This document shows positions 40,921 through 51,001 of a DNA stretch of 64,000 bases, one piece after another; the stretch's first letter is position 1, and each line of letters starts with the position of its first letter. Under the pieces are notes generated by a model. That model saw nothing but the letters and a program-made list of their open reading frames with translations, did not search any database and was not told where the DNA came from. A program made the translations under genes and the position numbers. Source of the DNA: Peptococcaceae bacterium (GTDB lineage Bacteria; Bacillota; Desulfotomaculia; Desulfotomaculales; Pelotomaculaceae); the NCBI GenBank assembly GCA_012518875.1, contig JAAYRI010000069.1:5511-69510 (forward strand). The letters are read 5' to 3'.

Positions 40921-41080
40921 ATGGGGCCGGACCCAGGGCTGTTCTTTTCATTCGGTTTTTTAATATACTGGAGTTAGGATTAAAAGGAGGCCAGACTACA
41001 ATAGTCTGGTATAATATGTATAATAATTCAGGTGTTTGGCTAAGGCATTCTTTTGTTACAGTGTGTATTGGAGGGTAAAA

Positions 41081-41956
41081 ATGCATCACGAAAAATTTCT
41101 AGGGGAGGATCCTGGTGGTGTCCCTGGGGAACTTGGAGGGGATCCCATTTCACACAAGGTTAAATTAGTGGCTGTGGATCTGGACGATACATTGCTATCC
41201 AAGGATTTGGTGGTTACCAATAGAGTCAAGGCTGCTGTAGCTGCCGTTAGGGCGGCAGGCATTTATTTTACTGTGGCCACCGGGCGTATGTATCAATCGG
41301 CAGCCCGGATTGCCCGATCACTTGATGTGAATATTCCACTGATTACCTACCAGGGGGCCCTGGTAAAAAACTCACTTTCCGGTGAGGTACTGGTAGACAA
41401 GCCTTTACCGTTGGTGTATGCCCGGGAGGTTATTGCCAGGATTCATCGATATGGTTACCACCTGAACGGCTATCTAGATGATCGTCTGCTGATGGAACAT
41501 GATAGTGAGGAGGGGAGTCACTATGCGGCTATAGCTGGGGTGGAGGTGGAAATGGTGGGAAATTTGCTTGAATACCTGGATCGGGATCCGACAAAGGTAA
41601 TCGCTATTGCGGAAGAACCGTTGATTGACCAGCTAAAGGATGAATTGACCCCACTCTATGAAGGAAAAATTGCCATTAGTAAATCCAAGCCATATTTCCT
41701 TGAATTTGCCCATAGGGAGGCTACCAAGGGTCAGGCCCTGGCTTTCCTGGCCTCCTATTTGGGGATAAAACGAGATGAAATCATGGCTGTAGGGGATGGA
41801 TATAATGATTTGGACATGTTGAACTATGCCGGGCTAGGTGTAGTGGTGGCCAATGCCAGGGAAGAAATTAAGGGATACGCCGATTATGTGACAACTGCCC
41901 CATATGGTGATGGTGTGGTGGAGGCACTTGAAAAGTTTGTTCCTGTTAGATATTAA
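41081..41956 (+). CDS. Cof-type HAD-IIB phosphatase
   Basis: DLDDT, ATGR, TKG and GDGYNDLDML motifs. Confidence 0.9.
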   Translation: MHHEKFLGEDPGGVPGELGGDPISHKVKLVAVDLDDTLLSKDLVVTNRVKAAVAAVRAAGIYFTVATGRMYQSAARIARSLDVNIPLITYQGALVKNSLSGEVLVDKPLPLVYAREVIARIHRYGYHLNGYLDDRLLMEHDSEEGSHYAAIAGVEVEMVGNLLEYLDRDPTKVIAIAEEPLIDQLKDELTPLYEGKIAISKSKPYFLEFAHREATKGQALAFLASYLGIKRDEIMAVGDGYNDLDMLNYAGLGVVVANAREEIKGYADYVTTAPYGDGVVEALEKFVPVRY

Positions 41957-42036
41957 TAACCTATGCAGCCTGTATTCCAGAATAAATTGACAGACCTCGG
42001 ATCATTCTAGTGTTAATGGGAAGGGGTGGTCATAGG

Positions 42037-44064
42037 ATGTATTACTTTGGTAAAAATGACTGGCGTACCTTTGAACAGGGGGCCCAAAAAGAATGGTTGG
42101 TCACTAACGGCATCGGGGGTTATGCTTCGGGGACCATTATTAACGCCAATACAAGTAAATATCATGGTTTATTAATCGCCGCCCAAAGACCTCCCGGTAG
42201 GCGCATTGTATTACTGAGCAAGATGGATGAGCGTTTTTCTTGTGAACCCTGCACCTATAATTTTGCTGCCAACCAGCATGCATCCGGTTTTACCCAGCAT
42301 GGTTTTATTCACCTCCAGCAGGTAAAAATAAATCCGTTTCCTACTTTTGTATATAGTTTTGGTGATAACTTTCTGGAGAAAACTGTTTTTATGGTGCATG
42401 GGGCCAACACCACTGTAATATTATACCGGGTACTAAACGGTACCTGGCCCGCTATGCTCAGGCTAACCCCAATGGTAAACTGTCGTGGGCACCATCATAT
42501 TACCCGACGGGGAGAAATTGACTTTAGCCAATCTATTATCGGTAGTTCTGTTTCGATTAAAGGCAGGGATGGTCTTCCCTGGCTGAGGCTTTCCTGTGAT
42601 GCCGGCAGTTACACCGAAGATGGGACATGGTACAACGATCTGGTATATGCAGTGGAGGAAGAAAGGGGTGGAAACCCCTATGAGGATCTATATATACCGG
42701 GATATTTTGAGGTGCCGCTCTCCCCGGGAGAGAATAAAACGTTCACTGTAATCGCTACTACAGGAGATGCAGTTAGCGCTAACGGTATGGACCTGCTTAA
42801 AAATGAAAAAGAACGGATTTGCCGGGTTGTTGATCAAGTGGGCAGTGAGGATTATTTTATACGTTGTTTGGCCTGCGCAGCAGATGCATTTATTGTGCAG
42901 CGATCTTCAACCGGTAAAAAGACTATTATAGCAGGCTATCCCTGGTTTGCTGACTGGGGCCGGGACACTATGATATCCTTGCCCGGGCTGACCCTGGTTA
43001 CCAGGAGGTTCCAGGAAGCAAGGGAAATCCTACAAACCTTTGTGCATCATTGTCGGCAAGGGCTTATGCCTAATGCCTTTTTTGACGGCCAGAATGAACC
43101 GGTATTCAATACAGTAGATGCTTCCCTCTGGTTTGTTAATGCTGTCTATAAATATCTCCTATATACAGCCGACCTTGAATTTGTCAGGGAGTGTCTTTTC
43201 CCGGAAGTTAAAGATATTATCCACTGGTATATGACCGGCACTGAATATAATATTGCTATGGATGAAGATGGTTTGTTGCAGGCCGGGTCGCCCCATGTCC
43301 AGCTTACCTGGATGGACGCCAAGGTAGACGACTGGGTAGTGACACCCAGGCACGGCAAGGCTGTGGAGATAAACGCTCTTTGGTATAATTCCCTGATGAT
43401 ACTCAACACCGTTTCTAAACTACTGGGGGAAAAACCTGAATATGCAGCATTACCGGAAAGGATTAAAAAAGGTTTTCAGCAAAAATTTTGGAACGAAAAA
43501 GGTGGCTACCTCAATGACGTGGTTTCTATTGATGGAGTGGACAAAAGTGTCAGGCCCAATCAGTTGTTGGCAGCAAGCCTTCCATACAGTATGCTAACCA
43601 TCAAACAGATGAGGAGTGTCGTGCAAAAGGTCTGGTCGGAACTCTATGTAACCTATGGTATTCGTAGCCTGTCGCCATGGGATCCGGCTTATGTGGGAAT
43701 CTATAGGGGTGATCGTGTTAAAAGGGATGGGGCCTACCACCAGGGGACAGCTTGGAGCTGGTTAATTGGTCCCTTTATTACCGCCTACCGCCGGGCCCAT
43801 CATTACAATAAGGCCAGTCGCGAACAAGCCCAGCTATTTATTTCACCTTTTTGGGATCATCTGCATGATCATGGTGTGGGCTATATTTCGGAAATATTTG
43901 ACGGGGATGAACCGGCTGTTCCCAGGGGTACCATAGCCCAGGCCTGGGGTGTGGCTGAGGTATTGCGGGCTTATATTGAGGATATCCTGGAAATTGAGCC
44001 GCCTGGGGCAAAAAAAATTAAGGATTTGGAGGGGAGTTTTTTATATGGTGGTGCAACAATTTGA
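42037..44064 (+). CDS. Amylo-alpha-1,6-glucosidase / glycogen debranching enzyme (GDE N+C domains)
   Basis: EWLVTNGIGGYAS, IIAGYPWFADWGRD, TWMDA, YHQGTAW and AQAW motifs. Confidence 0.88.
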   Translation: MYYFGKNDWRTFEQGAQKEWLVTNGIGGYASGTIINANTSKYHGLLIAAQRPPGRRIVLLSKMDERFSCEPCTYNFAANQHASGFTQHGFIHLQQVKINPFPTFVYSFGDNFLEKTVFMVHGANTTVILYRVLNGTWPAMLRLTPMVNCRGHHHITRRGEIDFSQSIIGSSVSIKGRDGLPWLRLSCDAGSYTEDGTWYNDLVYAVEEERGGNPYEDLYIPGYFEVPLSPGENKTFTVIATTGDAVSANGMDLLKNEKERICRVVDQVGSEDYFIRCLACAADAFIVQRSSTGKKTIIAGYPWFADWGRDTMISLPGLTLVTRRFQEAREILQTFVHHCRQGLMPNAFFDGQNEPVFNTVDASLWFVNAVYKYLLYTADLEFVRECLFPEVKDIIHWYMTGTEYNIAMDEDGLLQAGSPHVQLTWMDAKVDDWVVTPRHGKAVEINALWYNSLMILNTVSKLLGEKPEYAALPERIKKGFQQKFWNEKGGYLNDVVSIDGVDKSVRPNQLLAASLPYSMLTIKQMRSVVQKVWSELYVTYGIRSLSPWDPAYVGIYRGDRVKRDGAYHQGTAWSWLIGPFITAYRRAHHYNKASREQAQLFISPFWDHLHDHGVGYISEIFDGDEPAVPRGTIAQAWGVAEVLRAYIEDILEIEPPGAKKIKDLEGSFLYGGATI

Positions 44065-45121
44065 TCTAAATAACCTCGAAGGTTTGTGCCGTTTGGATTC
44101 CACCGGTATGATCGATGCTCTAGCTGGGTTACCGGCCCAGTGTCTTTTGGCTGTCAGGGATATTTGCAGCAGCGTTGAATTGCCGTCAATTGAAGCTATC
44201 TCCAATATTGTTGTCACTGGTTTGGGTGGTTCGGCTATAGGAGGGGATTTGCTCAGGGTTTATACAGCCGACAAGATACAGGTGCCGATTACGGTAAACA
44301 GAGACTATTCCCTTCCCGGATTTGTGGGACCGGATACTCTGGTGTTTGCGGTAAGTTACTCCGGCAATACTGAGGAAACCTTGAGCGCTTACAAGGAGGC
44401 ACGAGCCAGAGGTGCTTCTGTTATTGCTATAACCACCGGGGGGGAATTGGCCGGAATGGTAGAAAAGGACGGTGTTCCCCTTGTGCGAATACCTACAGGT
44501 TGTGCCCCAAGGGCTGCCACGGGCTATTTGTTTATTCCCACCCTTGTGATTCTACAGCGGCTGGGTATGCTTCCGGACATGACTGATGAAACAACAGCTA
44601 TGGCCGGATTTATAAAGGAACTGCAGAAAAAAATTGGGCCTGAGTCGCCCCGGGAGGAAAATGTCTCCAAGCAACTCGCCCATAAGCTATATAAAAAGCT
44701 ACCTGTTATTTGGGGTGTAACTGGTACCACTGAGGTGGTGGCCCAGAGGTGGAAGGGACAAATAAATGAAAATGCCAAGGCACCTGCTTATTGGAATGTG
44801 TTTCCTGAACTAAACCATAATGAAATAGTTGGTTTTGAATATCCCCTTGAGGTCCTGAACAAAATTCACCTGGTTATCCTCAGGGATAAGCAGGACCACC
44901 CAAGGATACAAAAACGTATCGAAGTTACAAAGGATATAATAAAAGATACTATAGACGGTGTTACTGAGGTCTGGTCCTCCGGTGAGGGAGATCTGGCCAG
45001 GTTGTTTTCCCTGGTGTACACAGGTGACTATGCCAGTCTGTATCTGGCGGCGTTATACGGCATCGATCCCGGACCCGTCAAGGCTATTGATTTTCTTAAA
45101 TGGGAGTTAGCGGCGGAGTGA
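44045..45121 (+). CDS. Bifunctional phosphoglucose/phosphomannose isomerase (SIS)
   Basis: GLGGSAIGG, SYSGNTEET, RWKGQINENAK and PELNHNE motifs. ATG 44045 follows SD GGAGGG. Confidence 0.88.
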   Translation: MVVQQFDLNNLEGLCRLDSTGMIDALAGLPAQCLLAVRDICSSVELPSIEAISNIVVTGLGGSAIGGDLLRVYTADKIQVPITVNRDYSLPGFVGPDTLVFAVSYSGNTEETLSAYKEARARGASVIAITTGGELAGMVEKDGVPLVRIPTGCAPRAATGYLFIPTLVILQRLGMLPDMTDETTAMAGFIKELQKKIGPESPREENVSKQLAHKLYKKLPVIWGVTGTTEVVAQRWKGQINENAKAPAYWNVFPELNHNEIVGFEYPLEVLNKIHLVILRDKQDHPRIQKRIEVTKDIIKDTIDGVTEVWSSGEGDLARLFSLVYTGDYASLYLAALYGIDPGPVKAIDFLKWELAAE

Positions 45122-45849
45122 AACTTTTTGCGGACTATCACACCCATACAAAATACAGTGACGGTCAGGGGACCCCAGCCCAAAACATAGATGCAGCCAG
45201 CAAGCGGGGTCTAAAGGAGGTTGCTTTAACCGACCATGGCCCAGGTAGCATAGGTATTGGTGTGGCTAAGCCGGAAACATTTATCACCATCAAGGAGGAA
45301 GCTGTAGCTCTCGCCTCCTTATTCCCTGATATTAAGGTATTGGTGGGGGCGGAGGCAGCAGTGATTAGCAGGGACGGCAGTATTGATTTGCCCAGTAGTA
45401 TAATTAAGCAGCTGGACCTTTTGATTGTCGGACACCATCCCTACTACATTCCAGAGAACCTAAAGGAAGCCTTGTTTTATACACTACCAAACCTGGGCCT
45501 CAGGTTCAGTAGGAATCTGCAAGAAAAAATGCGTAATGCCAACACCAAGGCTATAATAGAAACTATTCATATCTACCCGGTTGACATCATTAGCCATCCT
45601 GATTTAATGTTGCCTGTGGATATAAATGAACTCACCAGGGCCTGCACTAAAATGGAGACTGCTCTTGAGATTAACACCGGCCATAACTATAATAAAGAAG
45701 AAATAGTACATGCTGCTGCCCGGTGGGGAGCGAAACTGGTTATAAACAGCGATGCTCATTCCCCGAAAAATGTGGGAGAGTTTACCTCTGGGCTGGCTCT
45801 GGTGAAAAGGTTGCGTTTCCCGGTAGAGATGATAATAAATGCGCTTTAG
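45118..45849 (+). CDS. PHP-domain phosphoesterase
   Basis: DYHTHT, TDHGP, SHP and NSDAH metal-binding motifs. GTGA overlap with the upstream stop. Confidence 0.85.
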   Translation: MKLFADYHTHTKYSDGQGTPAQNIDAASKRGLKEVALTDHGPGSIGIGVAKPETFITIKEEAVALASLFPDIKVLVGAEAAVISRDGSIDLPSSIIKQLDLLIVGHHPYYIPENLKEALFYTLPNLGLRFSRNLQEKMRNANTKAIIETIHIYPVDIISHPDLMLPVDINELTRACTKMETALEINTGHNYNKEEIVHAAARWGAKLVINSDAHSPKNVGEFTSGLALVKRLRFPVEMIINAL

Positions 45850-45903
45850 GTAGGTTATATCTGGGAGCCTGGTGGGGTTTTACATTTATAATGGAGGGTT
45901 GCC

Positions 45904-46770
45904 ATGACTGCACCAAAACTTGTTGTTGTTACCGGTCTTTCTGGGGCGGGTAAAACCCAGGCCCTCCACAGTTTGGAGGACCTGGGTTACTATTGCATTG
46001 ACAACCTGCCTCCGGCCCTAATTCTTAAATTTGCTGACCTATGTGCACAGGCGGCTAATAAGATTAATAAAATAGCATTGGGTGTAGATATTAGGGGAGG
46101 GGAGTTTTTTAACGCCCTGTTTGAGGTCCTTTATGATCTTAATAACCGGGGTATCCACTATGAAATTCTCTTCTTGGAGGCCTCCGATGAAACCCTGGTG
46201 GGACGCTTTAAGGAATCCAGGCGTCGACACCCCCTGAGCACCTATGGGGAGGTATTGGAGGTTATCCGTAAGGAGCGCAGTTTGTTACAGGAATTACGGG
46301 GCTGTGCAAATAAAATAATTGACACCTCAGGCCTGGTGCCAAAACAGTTAAAGGATGAAATTGCGGCGATTTTCGCTGATCAAACCGGTCATCCCGGCCT
46401 GCACGTGACAGTGGTGTCCTTTGGTTTTAAATATGGCATACCGCTGGACTCTGATCTGGTTATTGATGTACGTTTTCTTTCTAACCCGCACTACCAGCCG
46501 GAACTGAGCAATTTAACCGGCAACGATAGGGCTGTTTTAGACTATGTTTTCAAATCTCCAGTAACAGAAAAATTTATGAACAAATTTATAGATTTTGTGG
46601 AATTTCTAATCCCAGAATACATTAATGAAGGTAAAACAACCCTGGCAATTGCCATTGGTTGTACAGGAGGCAGGCATAGGTCGGTAGCCCTGGCCAATAG
46701 GCTTGGTGACATCCTGGGCAACAAAAAATACCGGGTAACAGTGCGGCACAGAGATATAAATAGGCCATAA
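45904..46770 (+). CDS. rapZ: RNase adaptor / P-loop protein RapZ (YvcJ)
   Basis: [23 protein letters not shown] and [10 protein letters not shown] motifs. Confidence 0.93.
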   Translation: MTAPKLVVVTGLSGAGKTQALHSLEDLGYYCIDNLPPALILKFADLCAQAANKINKIALGVDIRGGEFFNALFEVLYDLNNRGIHYEILFLEASDETLVGRFKESRRRHPLSTYGEVLEVIRKERSLLQELRGCANKIIDTSGLVPKQLKDEIAAIFADQTGHPGLHVTVVSFGFKYGIPLDSDLVIDVRFLSNPHYQPELSNLTGNDRAVLDYVFKSPVTEKFMNKFIDFVEFLIPEYINEGKTTLAIAIGCTGGRHRSVALANRLGDILGNKKYRVTVRHRDINRP

Positions 46771-46829
46771 AAATATCTTGTTTTGGTTAACTTGCTGATT
46801 GCTGATAAATTAGATATAGGGGCTAAAAA

Positions 46830-48137
46830 ATGGTCGTGCTCAAATGGCTGTACCCTGGGATGAAAATAAAACGGTGGTTGTTTCTTGCCCTGGCTAGTTT
46901 CTTAATAGCCTTGCTCGGTGTTGATCTTTCAATGAAAGGTGGGCTATTGGGGGATTTTGCCCATTCACTCCATCATTGGGAGAACATTTTTTTAGGTGAT
47001 GGGTATAGCAAACCGGTTGGAATCGTTATTGTTATAGCCGGTTTGGGCACAATGGTTCTCAGTATTCTTAAGGCATTTCATTCCATAGCGAGTGCGCTTG
47101 CTCCGGGTGAGGAGGACCAGGCGGCGGATATTATTTACGCCAGACAAAGTTTAAAACGTGGGCCAAAAATTGTGGTTATCGGTGGTGGGACAGGGCTATC
47201 GGTATTGCTGCGTGGTTTAAAAAAACATACCAGTAATCTCACTGCTATTGTGACTGTGGCTGATGATGGCGGTAGTTCGGGGCGCCTGAGGGGTGAGTTG
47301 GGAATATTACCACCGGGGGATATAAGGAATTGCCTGGTTGCCCTGGCTGATAAAGAGCCATTAATGGAGGAGCTGCTGCAATACCGTTTTTCCAATGGTG
47401 GGTTGGCGGGGCATAGTATGGGCAACTTGTTGCTGGCTGCCCTAGCTGATATAACCGGTAGGTTCGATCTAGCAGTGAGAAATTTGAGCAAAGTCCTGGC
47501 TATTCGTGGTCAGGTATTGCCGGCAACGCTTTCTGATGTGACCTTGTATGCTGAACTAATGGATGGCAGGGTGGTAAAAGGCGAGTCCAAAATACCCCTC
47601 GCCAATGGTGTTATCAAAAGGGTCTATCTCAAGCCATCTCGCTGTTTACCGCTAGCAGGGGCGCTAACAGCTATTGCGGAGGCCGATGCTATTGTGCTGG
47701 GGCCGGGAAGCCTTTATACCAGCATAATTCCTAACCTGCTGGTAAAAGGCATACCGGAGGCGTTGGCCAGGGCACAGGCTACCAAGATTTATGTGTGTAA
47801 CGTCATGACCCAACCGGGCGAGACTGTCGGCTACACCGCTTCTGCCCACCTGCAGGCGATTATCAACCACACCGGTAAATTATTAGATTATGTAATCCTG
47901 AACAACGGAGAGATACTACCAAGGCTTTTATTCCGCTACCTGCATGAGGGGGCTGAACCGGTGAGAGCAGATATCAGCGAGATAAAAAGGCTTGGCGTCA
48001 AGGTCGTCAGTAGCGATTTCATCTATAAAACAGATGTTGTTCGACATCACCCCGATAGGCTGGCAGGGGCCATATTGGAGCTTGTTAACCCCGATAAGGT
48101 GCCGCAAGGAGAAAAAATGTATTTAAGGGGGCTCTAG
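46830..48137 (+). CDS. yvcK: YvcK/GlmR (CofD-like) protein with N-terminal membrane segment
   Basis: GGGTG, DDGGSSG, PPGDIRNC and GPGSLYTS motifs. Confidence 0.9.
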   Translation: MVVLKWLYPGMKIKRWLFLALASFLIALLGVDLSMKGGLLGDFAHSLHHWENIFLGDGYSKPVGIVIVIAGLGTMVLSILKAFHSIASALAPGEEDQAADIIYARQSLKRGPKIVVIGGGTGLSVLLRGLKKHTSNLTAIVTVADDGGSSGRLRGELGILPPGDIRNCLVALADKEPLMEELLQYRFSNGGLAGHSMGNLLLAALADITGRFDLAVRNLSKVLAIRGQVLPATLSDVTLYAELMDGRVVKGESKIPLANGVIKRVYLKPSRCLPLAGALTAIAEADAIVLGPGSLYTSIIPNLLVKGIPEALARAQATKIYVCNVMTQPGETVGYTASAHLQAIINHTGKLLDYVILNNGEILPRLLFRYLHEGAEPVRADISEIKRLGVKVVSSDFIYKTDVVRHHPDRLAGAILELVNPDKVPQGEKMYLRGL

Positions 48138-48212
48138 TAGCAGATTATCATCATTGTTGGCCTGTTTTTATTTTAGGATAATATTGTCTTGGTTTGCCAG
48201 ATTGCCAAATAC

Positions 48213-48238
48213 AGCACCTCATGGCGGGGTGTTTTTTT
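48213..48238 (+). terminator. Intrinsic terminator between yvcK and whiA
   Basis: AGCACCTC-atggc-GGGGTGTT followed by a T run. Confidence 0.6.
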
Positions 48239-48270
48239 GTGATATAATATATGCAAAATGAAAGAGGGGT

Positions 48271-49221
48271 ATGGTTTTGTCTTTTTCGACAGTAACCAAA
48301 AACGAATTAGCCCGTATTTTGGGCCGGCGTCCCTGCTGTCGTCTAGCTGAGCTATCCGCCCTAATCAAAATGAACGGTAGTGTCCAGATTAGCAGTGGTC
48401 AACGTTTCTTTTTGCATGTTACAACGGAAAACGCAGCTGTTGCCAGGAAAATATTAACGCTTGTAAAGGATCTCTTCGGCTTGCAGACAGAGGTATTGGT
48501 GCAGAGAAAAAAACGATTGAAAAAAAACTATATCTATCTGATTCGTGTTCCCTTGCGGCAGGGGGGAAGTGACATTCTCCACAGGCTGGGCATGCTGGAT
48601 GAATCAGGTTTTCTAAGAGATATAGCGCCCCGCAACCTTTTACGCCGTGAATGCTGCCGGCGTGCCTACCTGCGGGGTATTTTTCTCGCCGGAGGTTCTG
48701 TTAACCGGCCGGAAAGGAATTACCACCTGGAGATTATCACTGACAATAAAATATTTGCCGAGGCGATTGGTAGGCTAATGAATAAAAGCCATTTGGTTAC
48801 CAAGTTTACCCGGAGAAAGAATTGGAATGTTGTTTATCTAAAAGAAAGTGATCATATAGTGAGGTTTTTGAATATTATCGGTGCTCACACTGCCCTGCTA
48901 AACTTTGAAAGTGCTCGGATTTATAAGGATGTGCGAAACAATGTCAACCGTCTGGTCAATTGTGAAACAGCAAATCTCAATAAAACAGTGAATGCTTCCA
49001 TTCGGCAGATAGAAGATATTAATCTTATTAGTGACACCCTGGGGCTGGAAAAAATACCCGAACCCCTGAGGGAAATTGCGGAGTTGCGGTTGAAGTACCC
49101 TGGTGTGTGCCTGGCTGAACTGGGGAAATTAATGCAGTCACCCCTTGGCAAGTCGGGGGTCAACCACCGCCTGAGAAAAATTGCGGAGATCGCTAGAAAA
49201 ATACGGGACAGCAAAATATGA
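48271..49221 (+). CDS. whiA: DNA-binding protein WhiA
   Basis: [22 protein letters not shown] and [11 protein letters not shown] motifs. Confidence 0.94.
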   Translation: MVLSFSTVTKNELARILGRRPCCRLAELSALIKMNGSVQISSGQRFFLHVTTENAAVARKILTLVKDLFGLQTEVLVQRKKRLKKNYIYLIRVPLRQGGSDILHRLGMLDESGFLRDIAPRNLLRRECCRRAYLRGIFLAGGSVNRPERNYHLEIITDNKIFAEAIGRLMNKSHLVTKFTRRKNWNVVYLKESDHIVRFLNIIGAHTALLNFESARIYKDVRNNVNRLVNCETANLNKTVNASIRQIEDINLISDTLGLEKIPEPLREIAELRLKYPGVCLAELGKLMQSPLGKSGVNHRLRKIAEIARKIRDSKI

Positions 49222-49375
49222 TTTTGTTTCAAGGGTATGGGTTACTGCACATAAAAAGGTAGGATGCGTCACAGGCATCTTGTTATGATTCAGATTTTGG
49301 GGCAGGAAAACGCCCTTTTTTCGGAGAACTAATTACAACATGAACCGCCATTTTTTTTTGAGGAGTGAGTTCGCA

Positions 49376-50788
49376 GTGAAAATGGGCTATGAGCTGAATA
49401 TAGCGCAAACACAGAGATTGATTATGACCCCGGAGTTACGCCAGGCGATAGCAGTACTACAGCTCTCCTCACTTGAACTTACCGGATACATTGAACAACA
49501 GCTTCAGGAAAACCCCCTTTTGGAACTAGATAATGATGATCGGGAAAAAGGTCTTGAATCCTTGGACAAGGATAAGGGGGATGGGGCAGAGGATAATAAG
49601 GAATATGATCTTGACTGGGAGTTGTATTTCCAGGACAGTAGTGATCTGGGACTGGATCTACAGGGAGGAAAATGGGAACAAAAAGAATACAATTATGAAA
49701 ATTTTATATCCCGTATTCCCACATTTACCGAATACCTACTTTCACAGCTCCGTTTAAATCCATGTACAAACAGGGAACGTTTAATTGCTGAATATCTAAT
49801 TGGCAATATTGACGAAAAAGGCTACCTGCGGATGTCACCGGAAGAAGTTGCAGATAGGTTGAAGGTGAGTCAAATTGAGGTGGCAAGGGCTTTGCTTTTA
49901 ATTCAGGGTTTTGATCCGCCGGGAGTCGGAGCCCGGAATCTGCAAGAGTGCTTAATGATCCAGTATAGTGCTTTTGGCATTGAAAATGAGATTGTTAAAT
50001 ATTTAATTGAAGGCTATCTTGGCTATCTGGCCGATGGGAAGATTACCAGGATAGCCCATGAGTTGGGCGTAAGTGTGCAAGAAATCCAAAAGGCAGCCGA
50101 CATATTAAAGACATTAGACCCTAAACCGGGGCGTAACTTTTCAGACTCCGGTAATAACCGCTATATCGTTCCTGATGTTATTGTGGAAAAGGTGGAAGGG
50201 GAATATGTAATTCTAGTTAATGATTCGTTTTCCCCAAAAATAAAGATCAACTCTACCTATCGTTCTGTGCTGACCAAGGAAAAGAACTACGATTCTCAAA
50301 CCCGTAATTATGTTGAAGGCAAACTGAACGCAGCTATCTGGCTGATTAAGAGTATAGAACAAAGAAGGTTAACTTTATACAAGGTAGCAAACTGTTTGGT
50401 GGACATGCAGAGGGACTTTTTGGACCACGGTATCAAATATTTAAAACCCCTCAACCTGAGGAATGTTGCGGAAAAGGTCGGTCTGCACGAATCCACTGTT
50501 AGTAGGGCTACCTCCAACAAATATATGCAGACTCCCAGGGGTATACTTGAAATGAGGAGCTTTTTTTGTACCGGTTTGCATGGTATTACCGGATCTACAA
50601 TATCATCTGTTTGCATTAAGGAGATGCTCCAGGAAATTGTTGCCGGGGAAGACAGCCGGGTACCTTTAAATGATCAAAAAATATCGGATCTCCTAAAACA
50701 AAAGGGAATTAAAATTTCTAGACGTACTGTGGCCAAATACCGTAGTGAACTAAACATTCCCGCCATCGGGAAAAGAATCAGGTATTAG
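49376..50788 (+). CDS. rpoN: RNA polymerase sigma-54 factor
   Basis: Q-rich region I (QTQRLIMTPELRQAI), HESTVSRAT and RpoN box SRRTVAKYR. Confidence 0.95.
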   Translation: MKMGYELNIAQTQRLIMTPELRQAIAVLQLSSLELTGYIEQQLQENPLLELDNDDREKGLESLDKDKGDGAEDNKEYDLDWELYFQDSSDLGLDLQGGKWEQKEYNYENFISRIPTFTEYLLSQLRLNPCTNRERLIAEYLIGNIDEKGYLRMSPEEVADRLKVSQIEVARALLLIQGFDPPGVGARNLQECLMIQYSAFGIENEIVKYLIEGYLGYLADGKITRIAHELGVSVQEIQKAADILKTLDPKPGRNFSDSGNNRYIVPDVIVEKVEGEYVILVNDSFSPKIKINSTYRSVLTKEKNYDSQTRNYVEGKLNAAIWLIKSIEQRRLTLYKVANCLVDMQRDFLDHGIKYLKPLNLRNVAEKVGLHESTVSRATSNKYMQTPRGILEMRSFFCTGLHGITGSTISSVCIKEMLQEIVAGEDSRVPLNDQKISDLLKQKGIKISRRTVAKYRSELNIPAIGKRIRY

Positions 50789-50903
50789 TGGTTAGCAAAC
50801 GAGTTTCCTTTTTCCGGTCTTGTTTGGGGCAATAATAACGTCATTTTATAGGGGAGGGGCGGGAAATTTAGGTTTTATTTTGTCCTTCGAAAAACGGCAC
50901 AGG

Positions 50904-50930
50904 GCAGGATCTGGAAAAGAAGCGGAGAAT
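50904..50930 (+). promoter_or_regulatory. sigmaH-type promoter upstream of gap
   Basis: GCAGGATC-15 nt-GAAT. Confidence 0.5.
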
Positions 50931-51001
50931 AAGAACGGAGTATACAGAATAGTAATTATATTTATCAAGGGTAAGGATACTACTGAAGGGAGCGTATAAT
51001 A

